Origin: Octopus bimaculoides
Lineage: Eukaryota
Reading direction: 5' to 3'
Assembly (NCBI RefSeq): GCF_001194135.2
Contig: NC_068984.1
Location: forward strand, 24,449,671-24,513,670
DNA length: 64,000 nt
The notes under the pieces were generated by a model that made no database searches, had not been told where the DNA came from, and saw only the letters and a program-made list of their open reading frames with translations. Positions within the stretch are counted from its first letter, which is position 1. Each line of letters begins with the position of its first letter. This document shows, piece by piece, positions 37,960 through 51,431 of this stretch. Both the position numbers and the translations under genes were made by a program.

Positions 37960-38724
37960 GTCACTTTTGGCAGTAATTAATTGCAGAATGTTGAGACAGC
38001 TGTCAATGTGTCTCCATTCTTGCCGTACCAAATGGCTCTCACAGATGGGCTAGACAGATGATCAAGAACCTTCATTGCCATGAATATAGCACAATTATTG
38101 TTTCCAGTTATGGTGGGCAAGCCACATGTTGCTGTATCAATGGCTTGCTGTAAATTCCAAGTAGTACATCTCTCCCAGTATGTAACGATTGCTGTTGTTC
38201 TTTGTAAATGACCAATGCAGCTTGACTTTAAATGTGGTAATAAAATCTTCTGTTAAATGTTTGCAGCCCAAGAAACATACTTTCATTTATCAACTGAACC
38301 AGTCATCACCACAGACTAACCAACAACAACACAACAATCCAAGTGACAACCTGAGTTAGAATTGTGATCATACAGATATATATGATCAAAAGTATTCCGG
38401 TCATGTTGGTCCAGTTTTTTTATACAAGCATTGTGAATTAAGGACTAAATTATTCAATATAACCGTTTTGAAAGATGTGATTTGAGGGAGATTTAACTGC
38501 TATTTCTAACAGACTGATTGACTTTATAGAAGCTCTCTCATGCTGGTACTGGTTGAATGAGTCTGATACAGGCTCACATTCATATTTATATGTCAAACAC
38601 ATCTTAAAAGCTGATATGTTCAGAGATGTACATACATACTCACAAAATTTCACACACATATACATACGTAAGTTCATGAATCTCTGGCAGTTTTTCTCCA
38701 CAGAACTACCAGCTCAGTGAATTT

Positions 38725-39128
38725 AATATGTGGTTGTGTGGTTAAGAAATTTTCTACCCAACGACATGCTTTCAGGTTCAGTCCCACTGCATGGTGGTAC
38801 CTTGGGCAAGTGTCTTTTACTGTAGCTCTGGGCCAACCAAAGCTTTCTGTGTGGTAACTGAAAGAAGCCCCTTGTATATGTATATAAATGTATGTGGGTG
38901 TGTGCTTGTGTCTCCTTTGTTTGATATCATGTGATTGTTGTAAATGAATGTCATTCATTTCCAATATTCTGTGAAAATATATCTGGTCATGGGGAAACAT
39001 TACATTGCTTGGAAACAGGTAATGGTTGGCATCAGGAAAAGCATCCAGCAATAGAAAATATGCTTCAATAAATATTGTCCAACCCATGCAAGCATGGAAA
39101 AGTGGACATTAAAACAATGATGATGATG
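38725..39128 (+). mobile_element. SINE with family-A head/central domain but RTE-type 3' tail
   Basis: CCTTGGGCAAGTGTCTT...GAAAGAAGCCCC followed by GGTTGGCATCAGGAAAAGCATCCAGC...CCAACCCATGCAAGCATGG...GATGATG; partial minus copy at 9435-9620. Confidence 0.7.
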
Positions 39129-39623
39129 TCTGAGTATTCCATGAACAACATGACTCAGTGTGTGACAAGACTAATTCTATGGTTATTTAGTAGAGTTCTA
39201 TAACCAACTGAATATTCGTTTTCAAATTAGGAGTTACTGTGACACAAAATAACATCATTTAAGTTATGAAGAAAAAAAAATTGAAAAATAAATAAATTCA
39301 AGAAAACCAATATTACATCTAAAATAGCTGAACAGAGACTGAGTAGAAAAAAGTTGTAAAACAAATTGAGAAATTGCATGTAAATTGTGTTTGAAAGATA
39401 GAACTACAATATACTGTAAAGAAATGAACATACCTGAATGATTAATCATTCATCATGTATATATTCCTGTCACTAGACGCTAATATGGTGAGTAGGAGTG
39501 TGGTGCCAGTTGAAAAATTTGAAACTTCTAGTGAGTCACACTAAAAGACCTTCTAGTTCATAGAAAACTATACAAAGAATACGTATGTAATGTTATGTAT
39601 GTATATATGTGTATATATGTATG

Positions 39624-39680
<57 letters not shown>

Positions 39681-41200
39681 GTATATATGGCTGGATGTAT
39701 GTCTTTATGTAATATACGTAATAAAAATGTCATATAAGCCTTTTATGGCTTATTGGGCAACTAAACCATACATACTTTGTCTTCATGTAGACAGAGTATT
39801 GACTACGACTGGAAATTTCAAGTACAAAGTATAAAGGAAGTATAATACTAACCTGATTGTGTACTACAGATTTCACTGACCTGAAATTGACCATTACTCC
39901 ATGGCATTTTTGGGAGTATGGTTTGTCAAGACAATAAGTTACCAGACAGACAATTGAGGTTGGTAGAATCATCATCATCATCAGCAGCAGCAGGAGAATC
40001 ATTTAACATCTGTGTTCCATGCTAGCATGGGTTGGATGGTTTGACAGGATCCAATGTATCCAAGGATTGCATCGTGCTCCAGTATCTGTTTTGGTATGGC
40101 TTCTATGACTGGATGCCCTTTATAATGTCTACCACTTTACGGCATAGACTGAGTGGGGTTTTTTTGTGTGCCAGTTACACTCTTGAGGTTGCCATGCAAC
40201 CACAAACACTAGTGGGAGTCTCAGCCTCATGCCAGGGGACAAAAAGATTGAATTATGAGAAGGTAAAGCAGAGCAGGTTCTAGTAGAGAATCTGCATGGC
40301 TACTCGGATCTAAAACGGAAAGGGGAGAAAAAGAAAATAGACAGTAGGAGCTGTAAGAGGTAGATAATGACAATGAGGTGCCTAGGTAGTCCCATGAGGC
40401 ACAGAATGAGTTGAAGAATTAGTTGATGAAGAATGAGAAGATGAGGAGGTAGACTACCAAAATGAGAAGGGTTAAAGGGTGGATGAGCAAGGAGCCATGG
40501 ATTAGGGAAAATAGGATGTAGAAGAGAGTAGGGTGGAGTGAGCAGCAGTAGTAAACATAATATAGCTGTCAAGGAGAGGAAAGGAGAGAGATGTGGCTGG
40601 GTAGTCTGTAGAAGCTGAGGGAGTGAAGAAGAGAGAGATCAAATGTATGGGAAAAGGTATAAGTCACTATAACATGGGTGGCGAGCACAATTCATAGCAC
40701 TTTCACTGACAAGGGCAGGTCTCATATCACCAGAGATTTCGGGGTTTTTTTGTCATCTCAGTCAGGTTCAGGATCCTGAGATCAGCCTTAACCACTGCAA
40801 GTTCTGGTCACAATTAGCATATATCTATGTGTGTGTATGTAATCATATTTAACACAAATGTGTACTCTCAGATGTGGGAAATAGTCTCAATAAAAAATTC
40901 TAGTAGACAATATACATGAAAACTCATAATTAGGCTGCAAATGATGTCATCAGATAGTAAGACACATTCATTATTTCTGCATTGTTATTGCTTCATCAGG
41001 TGTGAGTAACAAATCTGTCATCCATAGCCCTGTAAAAACAATTGTTCCTGTACATAAGAAAAGCAAATAGTACATTTGCTGATATGTGCAAAGCTTAGGC
41101 AGCCTAGAATTAATTAATTGGAGGCACAGACTGCACACATACATATATTTCATTCACCACTACTTCATGCACAACTTACATGCATGCACACACACACGCA

Positions 41201-41313
<113 letters not shown>

Positions 41314-42308
41314 ACTATTTGGTATCTATAGCACAAACACTATGTTGCTCTTACATAACTTTAAACTGTTGGTGGTATAATTCACTACTATAAGCAATAA
41401 CAGGATGCTCATCACATGACTCTCACTGTACCTCATGTGTTTTTCTTTATCCACTCCTACCACCATTAACCACAATCTCTAGAATTCCTTCTATGTTTAT
41501 GTTCTTCCATGATTCAAACTGATCTGTAAATGTATTATCATCTGGTTATCTAGGAAAGACTGAAAAAGAAATGGACGTTACCTCTACTTTCTCAGGTTAA
41601 CTAAGTTTGAAAAATCATCATCATTGTCATCGTCGTCATCATCGTTGTCATCGTCATCATCATCATTCCCTCATTGTCACGATTATCCCCCCCTTCATTG
41701 TTAACACATTGTCACCACTACTTCTGGCCTCACCCACCACCATCACTGTTATTCACATTGACAAGCCAATGCTGGAACTCTGTGTGGATCTCCTTCAAAT
41801 CAAGCTATTCTCTTGAAAAGAGAAGCATTACATGACATAATGTAGTTTAAGCTATACAGAAATATGAGATGATCATGGCTGGAACAATTTTGGCTATAAG
41901 TTTTCTCCAACAGTACCAACCAGGATCATCATCGTTTAACGTCCGCTTTCCATGCTAGCATGGGTTGGATCTCAACAACAATAGAAACAACAAATATCAT
42001 CCTAATTATCATAAGTTTTGTTACTTTCATTATCATTATGAGTGTAGTATATAGCTGTGTGGTTGAAAAGTTTTCTTTGAAACTGCATAGTTCTAGGTTT
42101 AATCCCATTGCATGTCAGCTTAAGCAATTATCTTCACCATAGTCTCAGATTGACAAATATTTTTTGAGTGAAATTTAGTTGACTGGTTGCAAATTACTGA
42201 ATACATGCTGCTTCTGACTTTTACCATTAAACCAATAATAGGAATTCTCAAATGATTCTGTGTACTAAATGTCAGCTTCCATACTTAATTGAATATTGAA
42301 AGTTTGTA

Positions 42309-42520
42309 CAAGGTGTCCATAAATTATTTTTACAATTTCCAAAATTTATTGTGTATATATGTGTTGCATGTAACTAATGGAACAGATGCAGAAGTATTCT
42401 CTTATTTCTAATAAAACTTTATTTATTTGCCTATGTTTTTCAATAAACTATGCTGAGTTGTCTTTATTTTTCAGTTTTTGATAAATTTTTCAAATTGTAA
42501 AGGTAATTTATGGACAACCT
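42309..42520. mobile_element. Tc1/mariner-type MITE
   Basis: TA + CAAGGTGTCCATAAATTATTTTTACAATTT and inverted AAATTGTAAAGGTAATTTATGGACAACCT. Confidence 0.7.
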
Positions 42521-43202
42521 TTTTTATTTTTATTTTTACAAGGTAAAGTTCCTTCCCAAGGAAGGACACAGACTCAAGGCCAGCTTCCCAGTTTACATGG
42601 CATATGAATTCCCCACCTGGACAAGACGCCGGTCCATTGCAGGGTTACTCATTTCTGCCAGCTGATTGGACTGGAGTAATGTGAAATGAAGTGCTTTGCT
42701 CAAGAACACAAGACATCACCTGGTCTAGGAATTGAAACCACAATCTTAGAGATCATGAGTCTGATACTCTAACCACTAAGCCATGTGCCTCTACTTTTTT
42801 AAAGTAAAGCTGTTTGAATTTATTTTAAGCATTGCTAGAAAGTAATTTTATGAAGATGTAGATTTTGGTTATGGAAAAAAATAGCAAAACAATGTCTTTC
42901 ATGTCTTCATTTTTGTTAATAATTTCATTTCTGATAACATTTATATTGTCAGCTTTATTAGCAATTTGGCCACAATAATGTATAAAATACCACAGCTGAT
43001 TAAATTATTAATAAGATAGATTGTTGACCAATAGGTCAATGGTTTGTATTTGGTCACTATTGCTTGCTTTGTTTTACATCAAATCTCAATGACCCAGTAG
43101 TATTTTTGGTAAAATAGGTATTGTAAGAAGTACAGCTTCTTTCAGAAGTACAAATATACCAAACAAAATGCATATATATATTGTTGTCATTTGTGTATAA
43201 TA

Positions 43203-43368
43203 GGCGCAGGAGTGGCTGTGTGGTAAGTAGCTTACTTACCAACCACATGGGTTCCGGGTTCATACTCACAGCGTGGCATCTTGGGCAAGTGTCTTCTACT
43301 ATAGCCTCGGGCCAACCAAAGCCTTGTGAGTGGATTTGGTAGATGGAAACTGAAAGAAGTCTGTCGTA

Positions 43369-43415
<47 letters not shown>

Positions 43416-43676
43416 GTATGTATGTATGTATGTATGTATGTATGTTTGTATGTATGTGTATATGTTTGTATGTCTGTGTTTCTCCCCACAACATCACTTG
43501 ACAACTGATGGTGGTGTGTTTACATCCCCATAACTAAGTGGTTTGACAAAAGAGACCGATAGAATAAGTACTAGGCTTACAAAGAATAAGTCCTGAGGTC
43601 GATTTGCTCGACTAAAGGCGGTGCTCCAGCATGGCTGCAGTCAAATGACTGAAACAAGTAAAAGAGTAAAAGAGTA
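43203..43676 (+). mobile_element. SINE family A, young full-length copy
   Basis: GGCGCAGGAGTGGCTGTGTGGTAAG head (A box), GGGTTCATACTC (B-box-like), central domain, internal microsatellite, AAAAGAGT tail. Confidence 0.9.
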
Positions 43677-43852
43677 ATGTGAGAAATTTTTAATACAACA
43701 TATCAGGATCAGAACTGATGGATAGAATTATACTCAAATGTAAAACTAAAAAAGAAAAAAACAAGGGGATGAAATATATTGTTGATTTATAGGTACAAAA
43801 TGTGGGGATGCGTTATATTTGAGATCACATGATAGTTTAGTAGGTACAATAT

Positions 43853-43907
<55 letters not shown>

Positions 43908-43966
43908 NNNNNNNNNNNNNNNNNNNNNNNNNNNNNNNNNNNNNCAAACACACACACACACATAAT

Positions 43967-44001
<35 letters not shown>

Positions 44002-44155
44002 CAACACACACAACGGGCTTCTTTCAGTTACCATTTACCAAATTCGTAGCTATGTGGTACTATGTGCATTATCTTGACTAAACATCTTCTCATCAGAGCC
44101 TTAGGTTGACAAATACTTTTTGAATGGAATTTGTGGATAGAAATTTTGTAAACGC

Positions 44156-44187
<32 letters not shown>

Positions 44188-45466
44188 CATGTGCATATGC
44201 GCATGTGCCTCTTCTACCAGTATTTTTTTTTTATTTGTTTCAAAGAGTATACAAAGATTCATGAACCAAAAAATACCAAAAAAAACTGGTGTTGTATGAA
44301 TGAAGTTTAACATTTATTTTACCATTCTAACATAGGTTCAGATGGTGAATTATTTAAGGTAGGACTTTTCTGACACATGCCGTTCCTGTTGCAACCCTTG
44401 CTCGTTTTCAAGTAAGGGTTTTGTTTTAATGCAGATGTCTTCAAAAGCACAGGGCAACCAATCATAATATCAATATGGAACATAAGTATCACCACCACTT
44501 TGTTGACATGGTAACAAGCATGAAATATCAACATTCACACATGCACACATGCATGTGCACACACACACACACACATGCATGCATACATGTTTACACACAC
44601 TATCATATATATCTGTGATAAGCCTCCTGCAGGCTCTGTCAGTCAGGTTCTCTCCCAAAGTATTGGTCAGCCTGTGGCTATAGTAGAAGATACTTAACTA
44701 AGGTGCTGTATAGTGGAATGAATCAAATCCAAAATTATGTGTTTGTGAACCAACCTCCTTAATTCCACAGCTATGCTGTACCAATCCTGATAAAAATTTG
44801 CTACAAGTTACAGACAATCCTTCATCATTTTACATTATCAGAAATACAACAAACTAATGATTTGCTTACTGGATTGCTGTAACAAAGAATATTATTGCTC
44901 ATAAATTCTTTCTAATTTAAAACAAGGTCATCAATTTTGAGGGCAGGGGCCAAGTTGATGGCATCAATCCCAGTACTTAAATGGTAATTTTGTTTTATCA
45001 ACCTTGAAAGGATAAAACACAAAGCTGACCTTGGCAATATTTGAACTCAGAATATAATGAAATGAAAAAAATGCCACTAAGCATTTTGTTTAGCAAGCCA
45101 ACAATTTTGCAGCTTGCTGCTTTGTTATTGCTTGTAAATTGCAATATGAAATAAATGAACAAAAGAAAATAATAAGTAGTGGATGGGGTCGATATAACCA
45201 TATAAAATATTTGGCCAAAGACCAATGACGGGAACTAGTAAAAGGGTGAGAGTATATAATTTATTTGTCAGAAAGTGACAAGTTATTGCTCGTAGTTGTC
45301 TTGCTGTTTTCTGAGCTGAACTTAAACCACAAATGGATTCTTTAACAAAGAATTATAATTGACATTCAAAAAATGGTAAGTCCATTTTGCATGGGAACTG
45401 ATGATGAGCATAATTATACACTATACCAAAGTGTTTCAGTAAATAAATTTGTTTATTCTCAAATTT

Positions 45467-45864
45467 GTAGGAGTGGCTGTGTGGTAAGTAGCGTGCTTAC
45501 CAACCACATGGTTCCGGGTTCATTCCCACTGCGTGGCACCTTGGGCAAGTGTCTTCTACTATAGCCTCGGGCCGACCAAAGCCTTGTGAGTGGATTTGGT
45601 AGACAGAAACTGAAAGAAGCCCATCATATATATATATATATATGTATGTATGTGCATATGTTTGTATGTTTGTGTTTGTTCCCCCAACAGCGCTTGACAA
45701 CCGATGCTGGTATGTTTATGTCCCTGTAACTTAGTGGTTCGGCAAAAGAGACCGATAGAATAAGTACTAGGCATCCAAAGAATAAGTCCTGGGGTCGATT
45801 TGCTCGACTAAAGGTGGTGCTCCAGCATGGCCGCAGTCAAATGACTGAAACAAGTAAAAGAGTA
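45467..45864 (+). mobile_element. SINE family A, young full-length copy
   Basis: Highly similar to 43203-43676, with CpGs retained. Confidence 0.9.
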
Positions 45865-48686
45865 ACAAAACATTTTTATTTTAATAAATGTAAATTAGAT
45901 GGAGGACACAGACAGCCAAGTTGATAGATCACTTACCAATGGCCAAGAGGTAAGTGGTTTGTCTGTATTATGTTGCCAGTACAATACTATGCTCATGGAC
46001 AAGAATTTAACCTTTACAAGACCATATTTCTAATGGATTTTCATACATCTAGGGATGCTCATACTTGAACAACATCATCTGTGTTGTATCCTGGATTCAC
46101 TAATTATTTGGGTCTTGCAAAATACACCTCAGGTAATCGAACCAAAGTTGATGAAGGATACAGCCAGTCTGTTTCAGTTGACTTAGAAAATAATTATGAA
46201 TTTGGGAATTAAGTAAAACCACTTTTATATTATTAAGCCTATAATTAAGCACATAACAGACAGCTCATAGATAATATTGCGCTGGGAGATTTTAATTAAA
46301 ACCTGAACACTTTAAAATGTGGGTTTTTGTATCATGGAACCAGAGGCAATACCAGGCAGATTAGTATCAAAAGAGTTAATTCACAAAAGTCATGTTTACC
46401 TAACTCATAGAGATATAGTTCATTACAATAGGCAATAGCTACATTGTAGAATTGAATAAATCACTAAGCTTAGTGATTTAATCAGTCCACCATTCCTAAA
46501 TTCAATAGAACTGATGTCTCTTTCAAAGATATTTTTGACCAGGGTGGTTGGCATTAGGAAGGGCATCCAGCCATAGAAACCATGCCAAAACACACACGGA
46601 AGTATGGTACAGTCATCTGCCTGGCCAGCTCCTGTCAAATCATCCACCCCATGCCAGCATGGAAGGAGGATGATGATGATGATGTAAGATCTAGCAACTG
46701 ATTCAATGTATCACACTAGTACAATCAATCAAACATTATAATTTATCTATAGGTATGAAAGTACTATAATATCTAACTTGAAGTTGTTTCATTCATAAGG
46801 TAAATGATGATAGTCCACACCAGAAAAGGAGGTGTTTCTCATTGTCTTAACCACTCATGAAAATTAAGATAAGACCACCATAGTTTACATTCTGTGCATA
46901 ACATCTTTCAGATGAAGGTGACATACAAATGCTTTTATAAGGAAAAGTTCTCAGATGTTTAATAAAATATCTCACCTCTCCTCCACCATAGCTCCATTCA
47001 AGTACTCTTGACTCTCTCATCGTGAGTGCTAGACATGAATAATTAATAATATCTGATATTCAGGATATTACCAATTGCCCTTTTGCAGACTCCACTCTGT
47101 TGCAAGTAGTTTGGTCTGGTCTACAGTTTGAGGTTACCTTACTTCCTTCCACCAGTTTTGGAAGCCCTGTAAAAGAACATAAACACTGTTCTTATCTCCT
47201 GACTAAATGGTAAAAAGAATCTCTCTTTGCCTTAGTGTCACGCATATTGTGTGCTCTTCCTACCCTATATACCCACATTAACCATTCCATTCCATCTTTC
47301 ATTCCCAGAGCATTACCCCAGTGGATTTTTCTTGCTGCCCCTGTTTTTTCTGTAACCACCAACTTATTCCTTTATATTCAAGAGGAATATTAATTATGCC
47401 AATCTACAAAGTCCCTAGGCAAAACCCCTTCTTCCAGACCTTACCATAAGTCTTTCATGATATATATGTTGGTTAAAAAATCCCCCACAAATGAACTGAA
47501 TGAACTCATGTTGTCCTTAATGCATGAGCTTCTTATACAAAACACACGTACATACTCATTACTCTGTATACCTCCTATATTTAGACCAATATACAAATAA
47601 ATGCACACACATACACATGTATGTCTATCCCCAAATGTTTATAAATACTCCCTTACAAAGATAAACTTCCATACACTCACTTACTCCCCTAACACACATT
47701 CACCTTCAAACAAACAATACTGTAATATCTCAAAGTAGTCTGCCATCCTAGTACACATTCTTCAGTTATATTAAATATTTTACCAGTCACACCCATCATA
47801 CACAGGTTGTGGACTTAGCTATATGACTAAGTAATAATATTACAATGGCCTTAGACTTTATACCAAATGACATTATAACAAAAGATAAAAGAAACAAAAA
47901 AATAAATAGCAATCAAAGAAGAAAAAAGAAAAGGAAGAAAGATGTAAAAAATATTAAAAAAAACATTTTTATGATTTCTGATATTACTCATAGGAAATCT
48001 TTGTCATATTCTGTTGACTTAAAACTAGTTAGAAAACATTGGTTAGATCACTGTCTCATTGTTAATGAATGCAAACATTCATGTCTGATCTTTCATGTAC
48101 TTTTGGAGACTATTTCCAATGCATAGTATCCTTTGAATGGCATTGGTAATGCTATTTTTAGAGAAGCATGATCAGAATATAAATTTGAGCCCTCTCTAAA
48201 AGTCTCTCCTTTCATTTGTCATTATTTTATTTATTCTTATTTCTTTTTTTCATATTTCTGACTTTTTAAGATTAATTTCTCTGTTATAATTTTTCCTTTT
48301 GTAATATTTTGCTCCATTTTCTATCTTTTTTTTAACTTCATTTTCAAATATTAATTTTGTTTTTCAGATTAAATGAAAGGTTTCAGATTTATATTGTAAT
48401 AGAAATCTGATGCTGTGACTTTCAGAATATTAGTGACCTATACACAGTGAAAGCGCTTGAAACTGGATGCAAAATCAGATTACAGACTTAGCTTGTCAAC
48501 AGTGCCTTCTACATATAGCACATCGTTATGAAAAGTACACAAGTCGTTAATAAGTGATTTGCCGCTATTAATAAATTTTTACCCAACCTGCCCAGTATTT
48601 GTGACACCAGTGATTTGTTAATCACTGCTTTTTTTTAATCAGTTGAGACAAAATTTCGACTAAGCATGCAATTGATAGTTTGATAT

Positions 48687-48733
48687 TTGCTACTGATGAT
48701 GCGCAAATACACAGAAATCTTGGGATCTAGCAA
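48687..48733 (+). ncRNA. type I hammerhead ribozyme motif with intact catalytic core
   Basis: Stem I TTGCTA/TAGCAA (6 bp); CTGATGA 48693-48699; stem II TGCGC/ACACA (3 pairs + 2 C.A mismatches); GAAA 48714-48717; stem III ATC-TTGG-GAT; AUC triplet, cleavage after 48727. Confidence 0.6.
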
Positions 48734-49084
48734 TTTCACTGCTGCTATTGGACACATTTCTTCTGTTACTGATGTGCTTTTCAGCACTATATGTCTATAT
48801 GAGATGCTTTCTCAAGACAAATCCTGCAATATTGTGGCTTTCATTTGATATACCCACATTCAGTTAGATATAGAGATTACTATTTAATATTTCAGTTTTA
48901 AAATATCATTGTTAATTTTCAAGTTATTTTTGCAGCCAGAATGACATGCTTAATTACCAATTAATAAGATAATATTATTAAGAGTGAAATAATTTGCTTT
49001 TAACTGTAGAACTTGAAGTAGATAAAACTATAAATAACAACATGTAAATATTGGGTTAAAAACCCTCTGAATAAAAAATGTCAA

Positions 49085-49157
49085 AGGCTGCCCATGGGAC
49101 CTGAACCCACATCTTCTGTAAACATGACAGATGCTCTAACATTGTACCAAAGAAATC
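49085..49157 (-). pseudogene. tRNA-like pseudogene or isolated SINE head
   Basis: TGGTACAATGTTAGAGC (A-box-like), TCTGT/ACAGA anticodon-type stem, GGGTTCAGGTCCC (B-box/T-loop-like); acceptor stem poor. Confidence 0.4.
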
Positions 49158-50254
49158 TTTTGAATGCCTCTATCTGTTTTTGAGGCTTTCTTCTTACCAG
49201 CAAGAATTGTATGCTGTTCACATCATGAGAATTTAGAAGCTTTGAGAGACATGAAATAATTCATTTTTAATGGTGGAATTCAAAGTAAATAAAGCAATAA
49301 TCTTTTCTATTAGTAGAACAAGACCCAAATTTTTGGTTGGATGGGTACACAACTAGTACGTATCTAGTACCTATTTTATTGATCCTAAAAGGATGAAAGG
49401 CAAAGTGTACCTCAGCAGAATTTGAACCTAGAAAGAAAAGATGAACAAAATGTTAAGCACTTAGTCCAGCATACTAACGATTCTGTCAGCCCACTGCCTA
49501 AGATAAAACTAGGAATAATGTGCAAATATTAGGCTAAAATCTTTTGAATAAAATTCCCAAGGGAGTTTTCTTTTTTTTTTTTTCTTTTTGTCCTGGAAGG
49601 AGAAAATGATGACAATTCAGTTAGAACTCAAAAATGAAGTAGCACAGAATATCAGATATTACTAATTATTCAGTCTATCTACTAGCCCAATTAATTAAAA
49701 CAACTATTCTAATATGACATCCGAAGCGAGTAAGATAAGAAAAAATATGAAATTGTGATGTTTGTGTCTTTTGTAGGAGTATTAGTAAAACCTAATCAAG
49801 AAGCTCAGGACACTAAAGCTGACCTCTACTTTACAGTGCACAACATATTATTCATAGTTATTAAGCTGCAATCTTCTTTAGAATCTTTATCCTGTAGCAT
49901 CAAGACCTTGACTTTGACATTCTTATGTAATAATTATACCTTATTACAGAATTTGTTATTTTTGGCTCACAGGTTCAAGTAAAGGCTGTATTTATGGGAT
50001 TATCTCCATCTATATTTATAATCAATGTTTACTTCATAGTGACATAAGTACTTAATACACAATTCAACAGCTATTTTTGCTTTTCTAGCCAAAAGGAGAA
50101 TTCTACAATACACCAACATACAAACATAAATACAACAGACACATGCACACCATATTCATAATCTCATAGACAAATGTATATGTATGCATGCATGTATGTG
50201 TGTATATGTGTGTGTGTGTGCATGTGCGTGTGCATGTGCGTGTATGTTCCTTCT

Positions 50255-50620
50255 ATCTTTTATCTTTTGCATGTTTCAGTCACTAAACTGCAGCCATACT
50301 GGGGCAACAGCATGAAGAATTTTTCATTGAACGAATTGACCCCAGTACTTAATTTTTGAAAGCCTACTACATATTCTGCTGGTATCCCACTAGGTTACAG
50401 GGATGTAAACGCACCAACATCGGTTGTCAAGTAGTGGTGGAGGACAAACACAGACACAAACAGACATACACACACATATTTTTTTCAGTCTCTATCTACC
50501 AAATCCACTTACAAGGCTTTGGTCAGCCTGGGGCTATAGTGGAAGACACTTGCCCAAGGTGTCATGCAGTGGAACTGAACCTGGGACTTTGTTGTTTGAA
50601 AGTAAGCTTCTTACTATACA
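50255..50620 (-). mobile_element. SINE family A copy
   Basis: Reverse-complement homology to 45467-45864. Confidence 0.8.
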
Positions 50621-50654
50621 CCCACACCCACACCTATCTTAGCACACAGTTATG

Positions 50655-50820
50655 CCTGCACCTATGTATGCATGTATGTATGTACATACGTATGTATGTA
50701 TGTACGCATGCATGTTTGCATGTATGTATGTATGTATGTTTGTATGTATGTATGTTTGTATGCATGTATGCATGTATGTGTGTATGTATGAATGCATGCA
50801 TGCATGTATGTATGTCTGTA

Positions 50821-50859
<39 letters not shown>

Positions 50860-51075
50860 ATGTATGTATGAATGCATGCATGCATGTATGTATGCATGCA
50901 TGTATGAATGCATGCATGCATGCATATAGGTATGTTTGTATGAATGTATGTATGTATGTATGTATGCATGCATGCATGTATGTATGTATGTATGTATGCA
51001 TGTATGTATGTGTGTATGTATGTATAGATGTATGTATATATGTATGTATAGATGTATGTATGCATGCATGTATAA
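50655..51075. repeat. compound (GTAT)/(GCAT)/(GTCT) tetranucleotide microsatellite
   Basis: Direct reading. Confidence 0.9.
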
Positions 51076-51431
51076 ACATTATACATATATCAAAATAGAT
51101 GAAAGATCATGAATGTATGGGAATTGATATCTGTTGCTCTTCTTTTTAACAAGAATAGATAATGCCTGGCTGCTCTCTGAGTGTCAAGTAATTCTGAGTT
51201 CCAACATGTCTAAAAGTGACTATTATTGCTGCTAACTTTACAGAGGTGAATATGTGAAGATAATGGAGCAGAGTATGTGAAAATTATTGCTGCTGCTGTC
51301 GCTGGTTTGCAATGCCTTGTTTTTGCTATTGTCTAATATTTCTTTAATAATTTCTAGTATGTTGAAGGGATTGCCACCGTTGTGACCAAATAGATTCGAG
51401 TGCTATTGGTTGAAGAATATATTGTGTATTT

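Noticed and set aside
47140-47190. 24-nt minus-strand microexon candidate (GFQNWWKE)
   Set aside because: Splice-site match only, with no partner exons or homology.
48693-48775. C/D-box snoRNA reading (TGATGA...CTGA)
   Set aside because: Terminal stem is weak, there is no recognisable guide, and the hammerhead fold explains the sequence better.
50634-51098. Overlapping 135-150 aa ORFs (HIHT/MYVC repeats), likewise at 20551-21127, 29334-29829, 36452-36920, 52894-53559 and 56919-57469
   Set aside because: Translations of microsatellites and N runs, not genes.
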